Source of the DNA: Nitrosococcus oceani ATCC 19707
GTDB lineage: Bacteria > Pseudomonadota > Gammaproteobacteria > Nitrosococcales > Nitrosococcaceae
DNA: 32,000 nucleotides
Direction: 5' to 3'
NCBI RefSeq assembly: GCF_000012805.1
Contig: NC_007484.1
Location: 300,001 to 332,000, forward strand
Below, in pieces: positions 1-7,967 of this stretch. How positions within the stretch are numbered: the first letter of the stretch is position 1; every line of letters begins with the position of its first letter. The translations under genes were made by a program, and so were the position numbers. Under the pieces are notes generated by a model. That model ran no database searches and was not told the DNA's origin. It was given only the letters and a program-made list of their open reading frames with translations.

Positions 1-365
1 GCGCTGAACTTCATGGAGATCTGCCCTGGGAAAAGGTGGCGGCCATCATACGTAAGGGAACCGATCCAGAGAGCGATTCCTATAGCGGATTTCATAATAA
101 CTGGAATTCCGCAGGTGAGCGTCCTGCTACCGGATTAGCGGGTTATTTGCGGGAGCGGGGTATAGAAGAATTATTTATCTGCGGCCTTGCCCGTGACGTT
201 TGCATAAAATGGACCGCTGAAGACGGTGCTAATGCCGGCTTTAATGTTTACGTGCTATGGGATCTCACCCGCCCCGTGGAACCTTCTTCCGATGACCAGG
301 TACGCCGGGAGCTAATAGCCCATGACGTTAAAATTATTGATTGGGAGCAGCTTGTTAGGTATTGA
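1..365 (+). CDS. pncA: nicotinamidase/pyrazinamidase (isochorismatase fold), 3' part; the 5' end lies outside the window
   Basis: The frame is open from the window edge to TGA 363-365. The translation ...FICGLARDVCIKWTAEDG...VYVLWDLTRPV fits the C-terminal half of PncA-type amidases, including the catalytic Cys context CGLAxDxC. Confidence 0.75.
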   Translation, partial: AELHGDLPWEKVAAIIRKGTDPESDSYSGFHNNWNSAGERPATGLAGYLRERGIEELFICGLARDVCIKWTAEDGANAGFNVYVLWDLTRPVEPSSDDQVRRELIAHDVKIIDWEQLVRY

Positions 366-463
366 ATAGGAAGGCATTATGTTATTAAAAGTTGTTCTTA
401 AAAATATTTTCTCTTTCCTGCGTTAAGCTAAATGATGGGAATGAATGGAGTTATAATGTGCTA

Positions 464-496
464 GGCTTTAATAAGTAATAAAGCCGTAATTTTTTT
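464..496 (+). terminator. putative intrinsic terminator downstream of pncA
   Basis: Stem GGCTTTA (464-470) / TAAAGCC (479-485) with an 8-nt loop, followed by GTAA and a T7 run (490-496). Confidence 0.45.
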
Positions 497-555
497 GATA
501 CCATTTACATTGTTAATATGTTTTAGGCCTAGTCCTAACTTCTCAGGAGTTGCTG

Positions 556-2475
556 ATGGATAACGAAAAGCAAGCCTCTCCACCTCCAGCAGCGCCCCCC
601 CTTAATTGGCGCTATCTGCTCTGGATAATCCTCTTGGGTATTTTTCTAATATCCTGGCTTGGCAATGCAGGCCGTCAGGCAGGAGATGAAATTACTTATA
701 CGGAGTTTAAGCAGGCATTACATCAAGGGAAGATTGCAAAAGTTACCCTTGAGGGTCAGCATATTTCAGGCACCTATCACGAAGCTGGCGGAAATATACA
801 GCCAGAAGGCAAGGACTCTAAAGGATTTTCCACGACGAGACCTCCCTTTGATGATCCAGAGTTGATGAAACTGCTGGAGCAAAAAGGAGTAGTTGTGCAA
901 GCGAAGAGCGAAGAACCCTCCTTGTGGATGCAGGCCATCATTGGAATACTGCCTTGGTTCTTGATATTGGGCCTGATTTTTTATGTCTCCTATAGGATGC
1001 AGCAACGCATGATGGGAGGAGGCAGGGGTGGTCCCTTTGGTTTCGGCAAGGCGCCGGTAAAACGCTTTCGCGAGGGGAGTATAGGAGTCACTTTTGAAGA
1101 CGTTGCCGGGGTGGAAAACGCAAAGCGTGATCTGCGAGAGATTGTCGATTATCTGAAGGAACCAGGGCAGTTCAAAGCGGTAGGCGCCAAGATTCCCAAA
1201 GGTATCCTTTTGGTAGGCCGCCCTGGGACGGGAAAAACACTTTTGGCCAGGGCGGTGGCCGGCGAAGCGGGTGTCCCTTTCTATAGCATTAGCGGTTCGG
1301 ATTTTATAGAGATGTTCGTTGGCGTGGGAGCAGCCCGGGTGCGGGATATGTTTAAGGCCGCCAAGGAAGAGGCGCCTTCGATTTTGTTTATTGATGAAAT
1401 CGATTCCGTGGGACGCGCCCGGGGGACGGGACTTGGGGGTGGCCACGATGAACGGGAGCAGACTTTAAATCAAATCTTGGGCGAAATGGACGGTTTTGCA
1501 GCCCATGAAAATGTTGTGGTTTTGGCGGCGACTAACCGTCCTGACGTGCTTGATCCTGCTTTACTTAGACCGGGAAGGTTTGACCGTAAAGTCGTTCTCG
1601 ATCTTCCCGATAAAAAAGCCCGTCAACGGGTGTTAGAAGTCCATACCAAGAATGTTCCCCTCGCTGCTGATGTGGATTTGGAAAGAGTTGCTAGGCGTAC
1701 GGTGGGCTTTTCTGGGGCTGATCTTGCCAATCTGGTGAATGAGGCGGCCTTGCTGACCGGACGGGAACGCAAGAAGGAGGTGGACATGGACATGTTTAAC
1801 CTTGCCAGGGATAAAATCGTATTGGGCGCCAAGCGGGAAACGATTTTAGGCGAGGAGGAGAAAAAGCTTGTGGCTTACCATGAATCGGGCCATGCTTTGA
1901 CGGCATGGTTATTACCTGAGGCTGATCCCCTGCACCAAGTCAGCATTATTCCTCGTGGTATGGCTTTAGGAGTGACGGAACAAGCTCCAGAAGAAGAACG
2001 GCATAGTTTGTCGCGGGCTTATTTGCTTGATCGGCTGGGGGTGATGCTTGGGGGACGCATCTCGGAAAAAATTACTTTTGGTGATGTCACCTCAGGGGCT
2101 GAATCCGATCTTAAACAGGCGACTCAATTGGCCCGCCGTATGGTTTGCCAATGGGGAATGAGTGATAAGATTGGGGCAGCGGCCTTTTCACGAAGTGAAG
2201 AGCATGTTTTTCTGGGCCGAGAATTGTCTCAACCGCGGGATTTTAGCGAGCAGACGGCTCAAATTATTGATGATGAAATCCGCCGTATCCTTAGTGAAGT
2301 GGAAAGGAAGACGGAGAATTTGCTTCAAGAAAACCGCGCGAAGCTAGACGCATTAGCAAAAGCGCTTATCGAAGCCGAAACTCTTAATTTGGTGGAAGTA
2401 GAAAAAATCTTTAAGAATGTTAAAGAACTCCCGCAGGAAGGTCATAATGAAGCTGTTGCTACGGGTGCTGGATGA
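556..2475 (+). CDS. ftsH: ATP-dependent zinc metalloprotease FtsH (likely a paralogous copy)
   Basis: Two N-terminal TM segments. Walker A GRPGTGKT, Walker B ILFIDEID, second region of homology [19 protein letters not shown], zinc site HESGHA. ATG 556 lies 6 nt after AGGAG (545-549); the track start TTG 550 is less likely. Confidence 0.95.
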   Translation: MDNEKQASPPPAAPPLNWRYLLWIILLGIFLISWLGNAGRQAGDEITYTEFKQALHQGKIAKVTLEGQHISGTYHEAGGNIQPEGKDSKGFSTTRPPFDDPELMKLLEQKGVVVQAKSEEPSLWMQAIIGILPWFLILGLIFYVSYRMQQRMMGGGRGGPFGFGKAPVKRFREGSIGVTFEDVAGVENAKRDLREIVDYLKEPGQFKAVGAKIPKGILLVGRPGTGKTLLARAVAGEAGVPFYSISGSDFIEMFVGVGAARVRDMFKAAKEEAPSILFIDEIDSVGRARGTGLGGGHDEREQTLNQILGEMDGFAAHENVVVLAATNRPDVLDPALLRPGRFDRKVVLDLPDKKARQRVLEVHTKNVPLAADVDLERVARRTVGFSGADLANLVNEAALLTGRERKKEVDMDMFNLARDKIVLGAKRETILGEEEKKLVAYHESGHALTAWLLPEADPLHQVSIIPRGMALGVTEQAPEEERHSLSRAYLLDRLGVMLGGRISEKITFGDVTSGAESDLKQATQLARRMVCQWGMSDKIGAAAFSRSEEHVFLGRELSQPRDFSEQTAQIIDDEIRRILSEVERKTENLLQENRAKLDALAKALIEAETLNLVEVEKIFKNVKELPQEGHNEAVATGAG

Positions 2476-2492
2476 AAATATTAAAGCAATTA

Positions 2493-3521
2493 TTAGTCGG
2501 ACTCTCTAGATAAAAAAGCATTAGGATTTTTGGTTGAGAAATTAACTATTTTATTTAAATCTTCCTTTCCATCTATTCCGTTAATGAAATTAAGACGGTT
2601 GTAAAGAGTCTTTAAACTGATACCCAGACATTGCGCCGTTTGCTTTTTATCCCCTTTAAAGTGATCGAGCGTGGCGGGTATCAGATTTTTTTCTATATCT
2701 TCAATAGATAAACCCACAAGGGAATGGACCAGCTTGTCCTGATAACAGGGCTTACTTTGTCTCTGCCCTGTATGGAATTCCTTTTCATCTATTTCATCAT
2801 TTGCCAGGATGAAAGCATGATGAATGGCGTGGCGTAATTCCCGCACGTTTCCGGGCCAGCTATTTGTAGAGATAAATTGCAAGGTATCCTTTGTGAATTG
2901 CTTGTTCTCTTTATAAGTCTCATTAAAGCCATCAAGGAAATACTGGGCCAGTAATATAACATCTTCGTCTCTATCCCGAAGCGGCGTAAGATAGAGGGGG
3001 AATTCCGCTAATCGGAAAAAAAGATCAGAGCGCAGTTTGCCCGTTTCGACTGCTTGCCAAGGATCAATATTAGTCGTGGCGATCACTCGCGGATTTGTTT
3101 TTATTTCTTGATGGCCCCCAACCCGCCTAAAGGTACCGGTTTCCAAAGCGCGTAGCAGATAAATCTGGAAGGTTAATGGCATTTCAGTAATTTCATCAAG
3201 CAGAAGCGTTCCGCCGTCCGCCTGCTCAAAATATCCCTGATGCTGGTAGATAGCACCTGTGAAACTGCCTTTCTCATGTCCAAATAACTCGGTGTTCAAT
3301 AACTCACGGGGCAAGGCACCACAATTTACCGAAATAAAGGGGCTTTCGCGACGATTGCTGAGGTCATGGATCATACGCGCCGCTAGTTCTTTTCCTGTCC
3401 CGCTTTCACCGTATAGCAATACGGCTGCCTCTAAGGGTGCCACCTTTTGTATCGCGTTTTGCAAATTGCGTGTTGCTTTTGAGAGACCCACCATGTGATG
3501 GGCTTCGTCTAGGTATTTCAT
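2493..3521 (-). CDS. sigma-54-dependent transcriptional activator with AAA+ and Fis-type HTH domains only (no N-terminal sensory domain)
   Basis: Walker A GESGTGKE, ELFGHEKGSFTGA (GAFTGA-loop variant), DGGTLLLDEI, RSDLFFRL, and the C-terminal HTH KKQTAQCLGISLKTLYNRL. An in-frame TAA (3570-3572, minus strand) 16 codons upstream of the ATG excludes a longer N-terminus. Confidence 0.9.
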   Translation of the reverse strand: MKYLDEAHHMVGLSKATRNLQNAIQKVAPLEAAVLLYGESGTGKELAARMIHDLSNRRESPFISVNCGALPRELLNTELFGHEKGSFTGAIYQHQGYFEQADGGTLLLDEITEMPLTFQIYLLRALETGTFRRVGGHQEIKTNPRVIATTNIDPWQAVETGKLRSDLFFRLAEFPLYLTPLRDRDEDVILLAQYFLDGFNETYKENKQFTKDTLQFISTNSWPGNVRELRHAIHHAFILANDEIDEKEFHTGQRQSKPCYQDKLVHSLVGLSIEDIEKNLIPATLDHFKGDKKQTAQCLGISLKTLYNRLNFINGIDGKEDLNKIVNFSTKNPNAFLSRESD

Positions 3522-3809
3522 TGCCTTATAAATTGCCTTTAGATGTTGAAAAACTATATTCGTAGCTTCTTATCCTTTCTGATAAAGGATGATTCTGATA
3601 TGTCTAACATCTTAAGTAGGATCTAAGGTAGAAGTAAATAAGGGCTTACCCTAATTTTCTATGGGAAGGGACAATCTTTAAGCTAACATTAGTTTATCTC
3701 ATGCTTCTATAAGAGTATTTACGTCCGTTCTGGACAGGGGTTTGTCCTGTTAATCTTAAGAAAGTTTCACTGGGGTACCGTTTTATAGCTGAAAATATTT
3801 TCTAAAAAC

Positions 3810-3838
3810 TTGAAAAATAATTATGGGCAGTCTATAAA
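3810..3838 (+). promoter_or_regulatory. putative sigma-70/sigma-S type promoter for the csbD-like gene
   Basis: TTGAAA (3810-3815), a 17-nt spacer and TATAAA (3833-3838), about 70 nt upstream of ATG 3911. Confidence 0.35.
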
Positions 3839-3910
3839 TTTTTAAGCCTGCTTGTTAAGAAGCAGTTAAAAAAATTTTTATTATTGAGTAAATACAAAGG
3901 AGATAAAGTT

Positions 3911-4117
3911 ATGCCTATTAACTGGGATCAAATTGAAGGTAATTGGAAGCAATTCAAGGGACATGCCAGGCAAAAATGGGGAAAACTCACGGACGATGAA
4001 ATTGATGAAGCCGCGGGTAATAAACAAATTCTTGCCGGCAAGATACAAGAACGTTACGGAATAGAAAGAGAGGAGGCGGAGAAGCAGGTAGAAGAGTTTA
4101 GAAATAGTTTGAAATAG
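3911..4117 (+). CDS. CsbD-family general stress protein
   Basis: MPINWDQIEGNWKQFKGHARQKWGKLTDDEIDEAAGNKQILAGKIQERYG is the CsbD/YjbJ repeat pattern. AAGGAG (3897-3902) lies 8 nt before ATG 3911. The track TTG 3884 start is rejected. Confidence 0.85.
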   Translation: MPINWDQIEGNWKQFKGHARQKWGKLTDDEIDEAAGNKQILAGKIQERYGIEREEAEKQVEEFRNSLK

Positions 4118-4143
4118 TTTTCTACAGGCGATATAAATGCTGT

Positions 4144-4182
4144 GTAGCGGCATAGTCATATGCCGCTACCTCTTTATTTTTA
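4144..4182 (+). terminator. intrinsic terminator of the csbD-like gene
   Basis: Perfect 11-bp stem GTAGCGGCATA (4144-4154) / TATGCCGCTAC (4159-4169) with a 4-nt loop, followed by CTCTTTATTTTTA. Confidence 0.8.
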
Positions 4183-4533
4183 TACGGTATCTTATCCAAC
4201 CAAGCTATCCTTGTGATCAGGAAAGGGTGCGTTATTCAGAAGATACAAGCCAAAATCTGCAATCAATACTTTTCATAGGTTCTAGCCTGATTTTCGGATC
4301 TACTTTTTTCAATCCCAGATGATCTTATTATTCCCCGGGCTGTCGTCCCTGGGGTGATTTCCCTTGAGATATTTTCTGAGTTCTCCGTAAAATTATTGTC
4401 TACCTGTGAAGGTTAGCGGCTTTTGCCCTGTATTTTCCGCCTGCAGCGCGCCTTATCTTTCATCATAAATCAGCTAACAGGAGCTATACTCGTAGTAAGT
4501 AATAAGCAGCACCGTATTGCGGAGGAACAAGCG

Positions 4534-4974
4534 ATGTGGCTAGATGATAGAGAGGTTATGCTGGATGAAATGATTCTTGCATGTATGCATATTGAGCGTG
4601 ACTATCGGAGTTTGATAAATCTTACCGATGATCCCCTGTTGACTCAGCTTTTTAATGAATTGGCAAACCACCATAAGGATTGGGCAGGCCAATTGGAGTT
4701 CCATATCCGTGAAATGGGTGGTATGCCGAGCGATCTCGATCCAGAGAAACAGGCAGTGGAAGAAATGATTACCTATGCTAAAGTAGCCCTATCCGATCAT
4801 GAACGCCATACTATTTTAAAAAATCAGAAAGAGGAAGAGGAAAAATTAAAACTACTGGCGAGTAAATTATTGGAGAAGAAAATACCCGATAGCACAAAAT
4901 CTCTACTACGCCATATTGAAAAGGGGGTAGAAAAAAACCAATCTCGCTTGCTAGCTGCCCGTTTCCGCTCTTAA
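4534..4974 (+). CDS. helical-bundle protein, PA2169/DUF2383-like (ferritin-like fold), stress-associated
   Basis: GGAGGA (4521-4526) lies 7 nt before ATG 4534. The all-helical sequence has ...ELANHHKDWAGQLEFHIREMGGMPS..., which resembles the PA2169 family from memory. The upstream 37 codons of the track ORF lack an RBS. Confidence 0.55.
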   Translation: MWLDDREVMLDEMILACMHIERDYRSLINLTDDPLLTQLFNELANHHKDWAGQLEFHIREMGGMPSDLDPEKQAVEEMITYAKVALSDHERHTILKNQKEEEEKLKLLASKLLEKKIPDSTKSLLRHIEKGVEKNQSRLLAARFRS

Positions 4975-5135
4975 AAATCCATTGCTGGTTATCGCCATAC
5001 CGGCGTGGCTAATTCTTAATTCTGCCCTTCAAATTATATTCACGGCTATAAAGCGTCTCTTATTAGAGACGGTTTAGTGGATATGAGATACCAGCTAGTT
5101 TTTATATTATTGTTTTATATATAACTAAATATATT

Positions 5136-5151
5136 TGGTATTTACCTTGCA
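5136..5151 (+). promoter_or_regulatory. sigma-54 (-24/-12) promoter upstream of the LuxR/FixJ-type regulator gene
   Basis: TGGTAT-TTACC-TTGCA matches TGGCAC-N5-TTGCW with the invariant GG and GC at the exact spacing. It is 68 nt upstream of ATG 5219 and preceded by a very AT-rich tract (5100-5135). Confidence 0.6.
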
Positions 5152-5218
5152 TTAATTAAATGGGTGGGTTGGGCAACCGTTATTACAAAAGTTTTTTTGT
5201 ATTTACTAGGAGGTTTTT

Positions 5219-5893
5219 ATGAATAGGATGAATCAATGTTTCCCAAGCGCTCACGATCACTCTGGAAGCCAGCATAATTTTGAAGCAAGAGTCTTTATCG
5301 TTAATAGTGATGAGAAGACACATAGTTCGTTGTGCCGAATGATTGCTTCCGCCGGGTGGCGTACTAAATCCTATTTCTCGGCTGAGTCCTTTTTGGACAA
5401 ATTTGACCCTGCCCACCCAGGCTGTCTACTGCTCGATAATCATGTCTCCGAGATGGGCGGCTTATCATTGCAGCAAGAATTGCGGGACCGGAATAGTTTA
5501 ACTCCTGTTCTTTTTACTTCTTCCCAGGGAACAGTGCCCGAGGCAGTAGAGGCTATCCATGGTGGGGCGGTTAACTTTTTTACCCGGCCCTTGGAAAAGC
5601 CATTATTAATGAAATGTATCCGGGAAAGTATTGAGAAGAGTCAATATCTCCGGGAAGAACAAAAAGAACGGGAAGAAATTATCATAAGGATGATGCGCTT
5701 GACTCCACGGGAAAGGGAAGTTATGGCGCTAGTACTGAAGGGGCAGCCTAATAAGTTGATTGCCTCCGATCTAGATATTAGTATCAAAACAGTCGAAATT
5801 CATCGGGGTCAAGTGATGAAAAAACTTCAAGTGCGGACTCAAGCTGATTTGATCCACTTGGCTCTTTCATATCCAAGCGAAATGGAGCATTGA
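5219..5893 (+). CDS. LuxR/FixJ-family response regulator (receiver plus GerE-type HTH) with an atypical receiver pocket
   Basis: AGGAGG (5208-5213) precedes ATG 5219. Receiver-like N-terminus (VFIVNSDE...LLLDNHV...VLFTSS...FFTRP). C-terminal HTH LTPREREVMALVLKGQPNKLIASDLDISIKTVEIHRGQVMKKL. Confidence 0.9.
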   Translation: MNRMNQCFPSAHDHSGSQHNFEARVFIVNSDEKTHSSLCRMIASAGWRTKSYFSAESFLDKFDPAHPGCLLLDNHVSEMGGLSLQQELRDRNSLTPVLFTSSQGTVPEAVEAIHGGAVNFFTRPLEKPLLMKCIRESIEKSQYLREEQKEREEIIIRMMRLTPREREVMALVLKGQPNKLIASDLDISIKTVEIHRGQVMKKLQVRTQADLIHLALSYPSEMEH

Positions 5894-5913
5894 AATCGCT
5901 TTCCAATCCTACT

Positions 5914-5932
5914 CCCCGCCCTCTGGGCGGGG
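5914..5932 (+). terminator. GC-rich hairpin after the luxR-type gene (possible terminator; weak T tract)
   Basis: CCCCGCCC (5914-5921) TCT GGGCGGGG (5925-5932), 21 nt after the stop codon. The following sequence ATTCTCGG is only weakly T-rich. Confidence 0.35.
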
Positions 5933-6116
5933 ATTCTCGGATCACCTCCCGAACTTTCTGCCTTACTCAAAATCACCCTGGTAGAAAGCTTGGCTTTTGA
6001 CCTGAAATTCGCTACCGTGAAGCCTTTATAAGGCAAAAATTGTAATTAAATCTATTCTTTGTAAAGATGAATTTTAAGTATAAAATAAGCTTTTATACAT
6101 TATTCAAAAGATTTAT

Positions 6117-7097
6117 TTAAGGAATAATAGCCCGTCCTATCGTGTTTGTGTCGGCGCCAAACCAGATTGCCCTTTCCGGTGGGTAATAATACATATTCCG
6201 AATAGTCTTGCCTCCACTGGGTATTGCGGTTTCACTGATAAATTCTTTTGTTTTTGAATCAAATCCGGTGAGGAGGTTTGGACTTAATCCCGTCGCGACA
6301 AACCATATGCGATCTCGATCATCAACGCTCATACCGTAAGGCTGGGACCGCTTTCCACCCGGCATGGGCCATTCCTTTATTTTAGCCGTTTCTGGATTGT
6401 ATTGGCCCAGATAACCACCTTTGTAATCGCCATACCAAACAGTATTATCGGAAGTTATAACCAACCGCCTGGGCAAAGTTTTCTTGCGGGGTAGTTCAAT
6501 CTCTTCAATAGTAAAAGACTCCGGATCAACCGTAGCTAATTTATGGGTACCGAATAGGGCAACCCAGGGCCGGTCGTTGGAATCTATGCCGATCCCGTAA
6601 GGGCGCGCTCCAGGCGTTGATGCTTCGACGGCTTTTACTTCCCCTATTTTTACAAATAGTTTACCGATAATGTTACTGTGCTGGGCGGTAAACCATATAT
6701 CGCCTTTGCTATCAAAGGCCAAGGTATGGGGATCGCGCACGTTATCTGGCATTAGATATTTTTTTGTCTCCCCCGTGGTGGGGTCCAGCCGGCCAATATA
6801 GCCAAGCGTATTACCCGCATACCAGAGGGTGCCCTGATTATCAATAATTAGGTTATGGGGTCGTTCACCGTCTGTCATATCCATTTTCTTAAACTTGCCT
6901 GTAGCAGGATCTAGCATGGCGATGTATCCGTTAAGTTGTCCGCAAAACCAGACTCTTCCATCCGGGGCCACATAAGGATCACGGGGACGGGAATTTTCAT
7001 AAGGCACTGGCCACTCTTTTATATCTACCGTCACAGATTCTGCTAAGGCGAGATCGTAAAAGAACACAAATAATATAAATGAGTGAGTTAATTTCAT
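6117..7097 (-). CDS. secreted beta-propeller protein, Vgb (streptogramin lyase)-like repeat family
   Basis: Signal peptide MKLTHSFILFVFFYDLALA. Five or six repeats of the type PHxLxxDxxGxlWfxxxxxxxIGrldpxTG (for example PHNLIIDNQGTLWYAGNTLGYIGRLDPTTGE and PHTLAFDSKGDIWFTAQHSNIIGKL). Confidence 0.8.
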   Translation of the reverse strand: MKLTHSFILFVFFYDLALAESVTVDIKEWPVPYENSRPRDPYVAPDGRVWFCGQLNGYIAMLDPATGKFKKMDMTDGERPHNLIIDNQGTLWYAGNTLGYIGRLDPTTGETKKYLMPDNVRDPHTLAFDSKGDIWFTAQHSNIIGKLFVKIGEVKAVEASTPGARPYGIGIDSNDRPWVALFGTHKLATVDPESFTIEEIELPRKKTLPRRLVITSDNTVWYGDYKGGYLGQYNPETAKIKEWPMPGGKRSQPYGMSVDDRDRIWFVATGLSPNLLTGFDSKTKEFISETAIPSGGKTIRNMYYYPPERAIWFGADTNTIGRAIIP

Positions 7098-7184
7098 TAT
7101 GGCGAAACCTCTTGAGGATATAATTACTATTTAGAACAGGTAACGGTTCAATATACGCTCTATAATATAATAAGGTTCAGGACT

Positions 7185-7286
7185 GAAATTCATCAGAGTC
7201 AAATGAAGAAAAAATTTCAATTTCTGTCTCCATCAGCCTATCTGATCCAGTAGCCTTTGGGATACCCGAGCGAGATGAGACGGTGA
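7185..7286 (+). pseudogene. relic 3' end of a second LuxR/FixJ-type regulator gene
   Basis: GAAATTCATCAGAGTCAAATGAAGAAAAAATTTCAA... aligns with 5796-5893 of the intact gene. It translates as IHQSQMKKKFQFLSPSAYLIQ*PLGYPSEMRR*, against IHRGQVMKKLQVRTQADLIHLALSYPSEMEH* for the intact gene. There is an in-frame TAG at 7251-7253 and no upstream ORF. Confidence 0.7.
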
Positions 7287-7398
7287 GATCGTCTTTGCAG
7301 TAGAATTATTTATTTTTTAATCTAAAATTATTAAAGAATAGAGCGTTATTATTGTTAGCTATCGGTTTCTAACAGGTAAATAAGGAGGTAAGGACGAG

Positions 7399-7562
7399 AT
7401 GTTATGGTGGGCTGTAGTCATTCTTATTTATAGTCCTTTGCTGGTGCTCTTGATTCTGGAGGAATCGCGGGCGCGGCGGCGCTGATCGCCAAAGTTCTGT
7501 TTTTCTTATTTTTAATAGCTTTTTTAATCTCCCTTGTTGCAGGGTGGGGACCCCGCTTGTAA
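7399..7562 (+). pseudogene. ytjA: UPF0391/DUF1328 (YtjA-like) small membrane protein gene with an apparent frameshift
   Basis: AAGGAGG (7382-7388) precedes ATG 7399. Frame 1 gives MLWWAVVILI..., then stops at 7483. The -1 frame gives [42 protein letters not shown] (stop 7560-7562). Joined near 7429-7434, they reproduce the YtjA pattern (E. coli [37 protein letters not shown]...). Confidence 0.65.
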
Positions 7563-7625
7563 TTATCCGTTGTTTTCCGCAGCGAGGGTAAATATTAATT
7601 TGATGTTATCTGGAGGAATAAAAAG

Positions 7626-7937
7626 ATGAAAAATCCAATTAAATATATAGGATTTATGCTAATCGTTTTTATGGCTGTTTTAATGCTAGGCTGCGCCGAC
7701 AGCCCTAAGCAGAGCGCGGGAGGATACGTTGACGATGCCTGGATCACCTCAAAGGTTAAGAGCTCTTTACTCTCCGATCCACTGGTTAGTGGCACTGATG
7801 TTGAGGTAAACACTTACCAAGGCGTGGTGCAGCTAAGCGGGTTTGTGGCGACCGAGGAACAATCCGAGGAAGCGGAAAGGATTACTCGGAGTATTAAAGG
7901 AGTCAAGGATGTTGAAAATAAGATCACAGTGAAATAA
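7626..7937 (+). CDS. BON-domain lipoprotein (OsmY-like)
   Basis: Lipobox LMLGC. BON pattern DDAWITSKVKSSLLSDPLVSGTDVEVNTYQGVVQLSGFV...IKGVKDVENKITV. GGAGGA lies upstream of the ATG. Confidence 0.9.
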   Translation: MKNPIKYIGFMLIVFMAVLMLGCADSPKQSAGGYVDDAWITSKVKSSLLSDPLVSGTDVEVNTYQGVVQLSGFVATEEQSEEAERITRSIKGVKDVENKITVK

Positions 7938-7967
7938 GAAATATAAATATCTCTCATGGCAGAGAGG

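Noticed and set aside
766-1446. 226-aa ORF antisense to ftsH. Similar long antisense or off-frame ORFs occur inside other genes, for example 8563-8868, 9203-9538, 10225-10518, 11228-11546, 16411-16854, 19125-19577, 20019-20600, 20536-21060, 22556-23209 and 28596-28886.
   Set aside because: Each lies wholly inside a gene with strong family motifs on the other strand or frame. They are rich in Arg/Ser/Pro as expected for shadow frames of GC-rich coding DNA, and they have no RBS or recognisable motifs.
4137-4322. 61-aa ORF downstream of the csbD-like gene.
   Set aside because: It starts inside the csbD terminator hairpin, has no RBS, and its sequence is low-complexity and hydrophobic without family resemblance.
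4411-4427. GGTTAGCGGCTTTTGCC upstream of the PA2169-like gene, which resembles a -24/-12 element.
   Set aside because: The GG-to-GC spacing is 2 nt too long for sigma-54 recognition.
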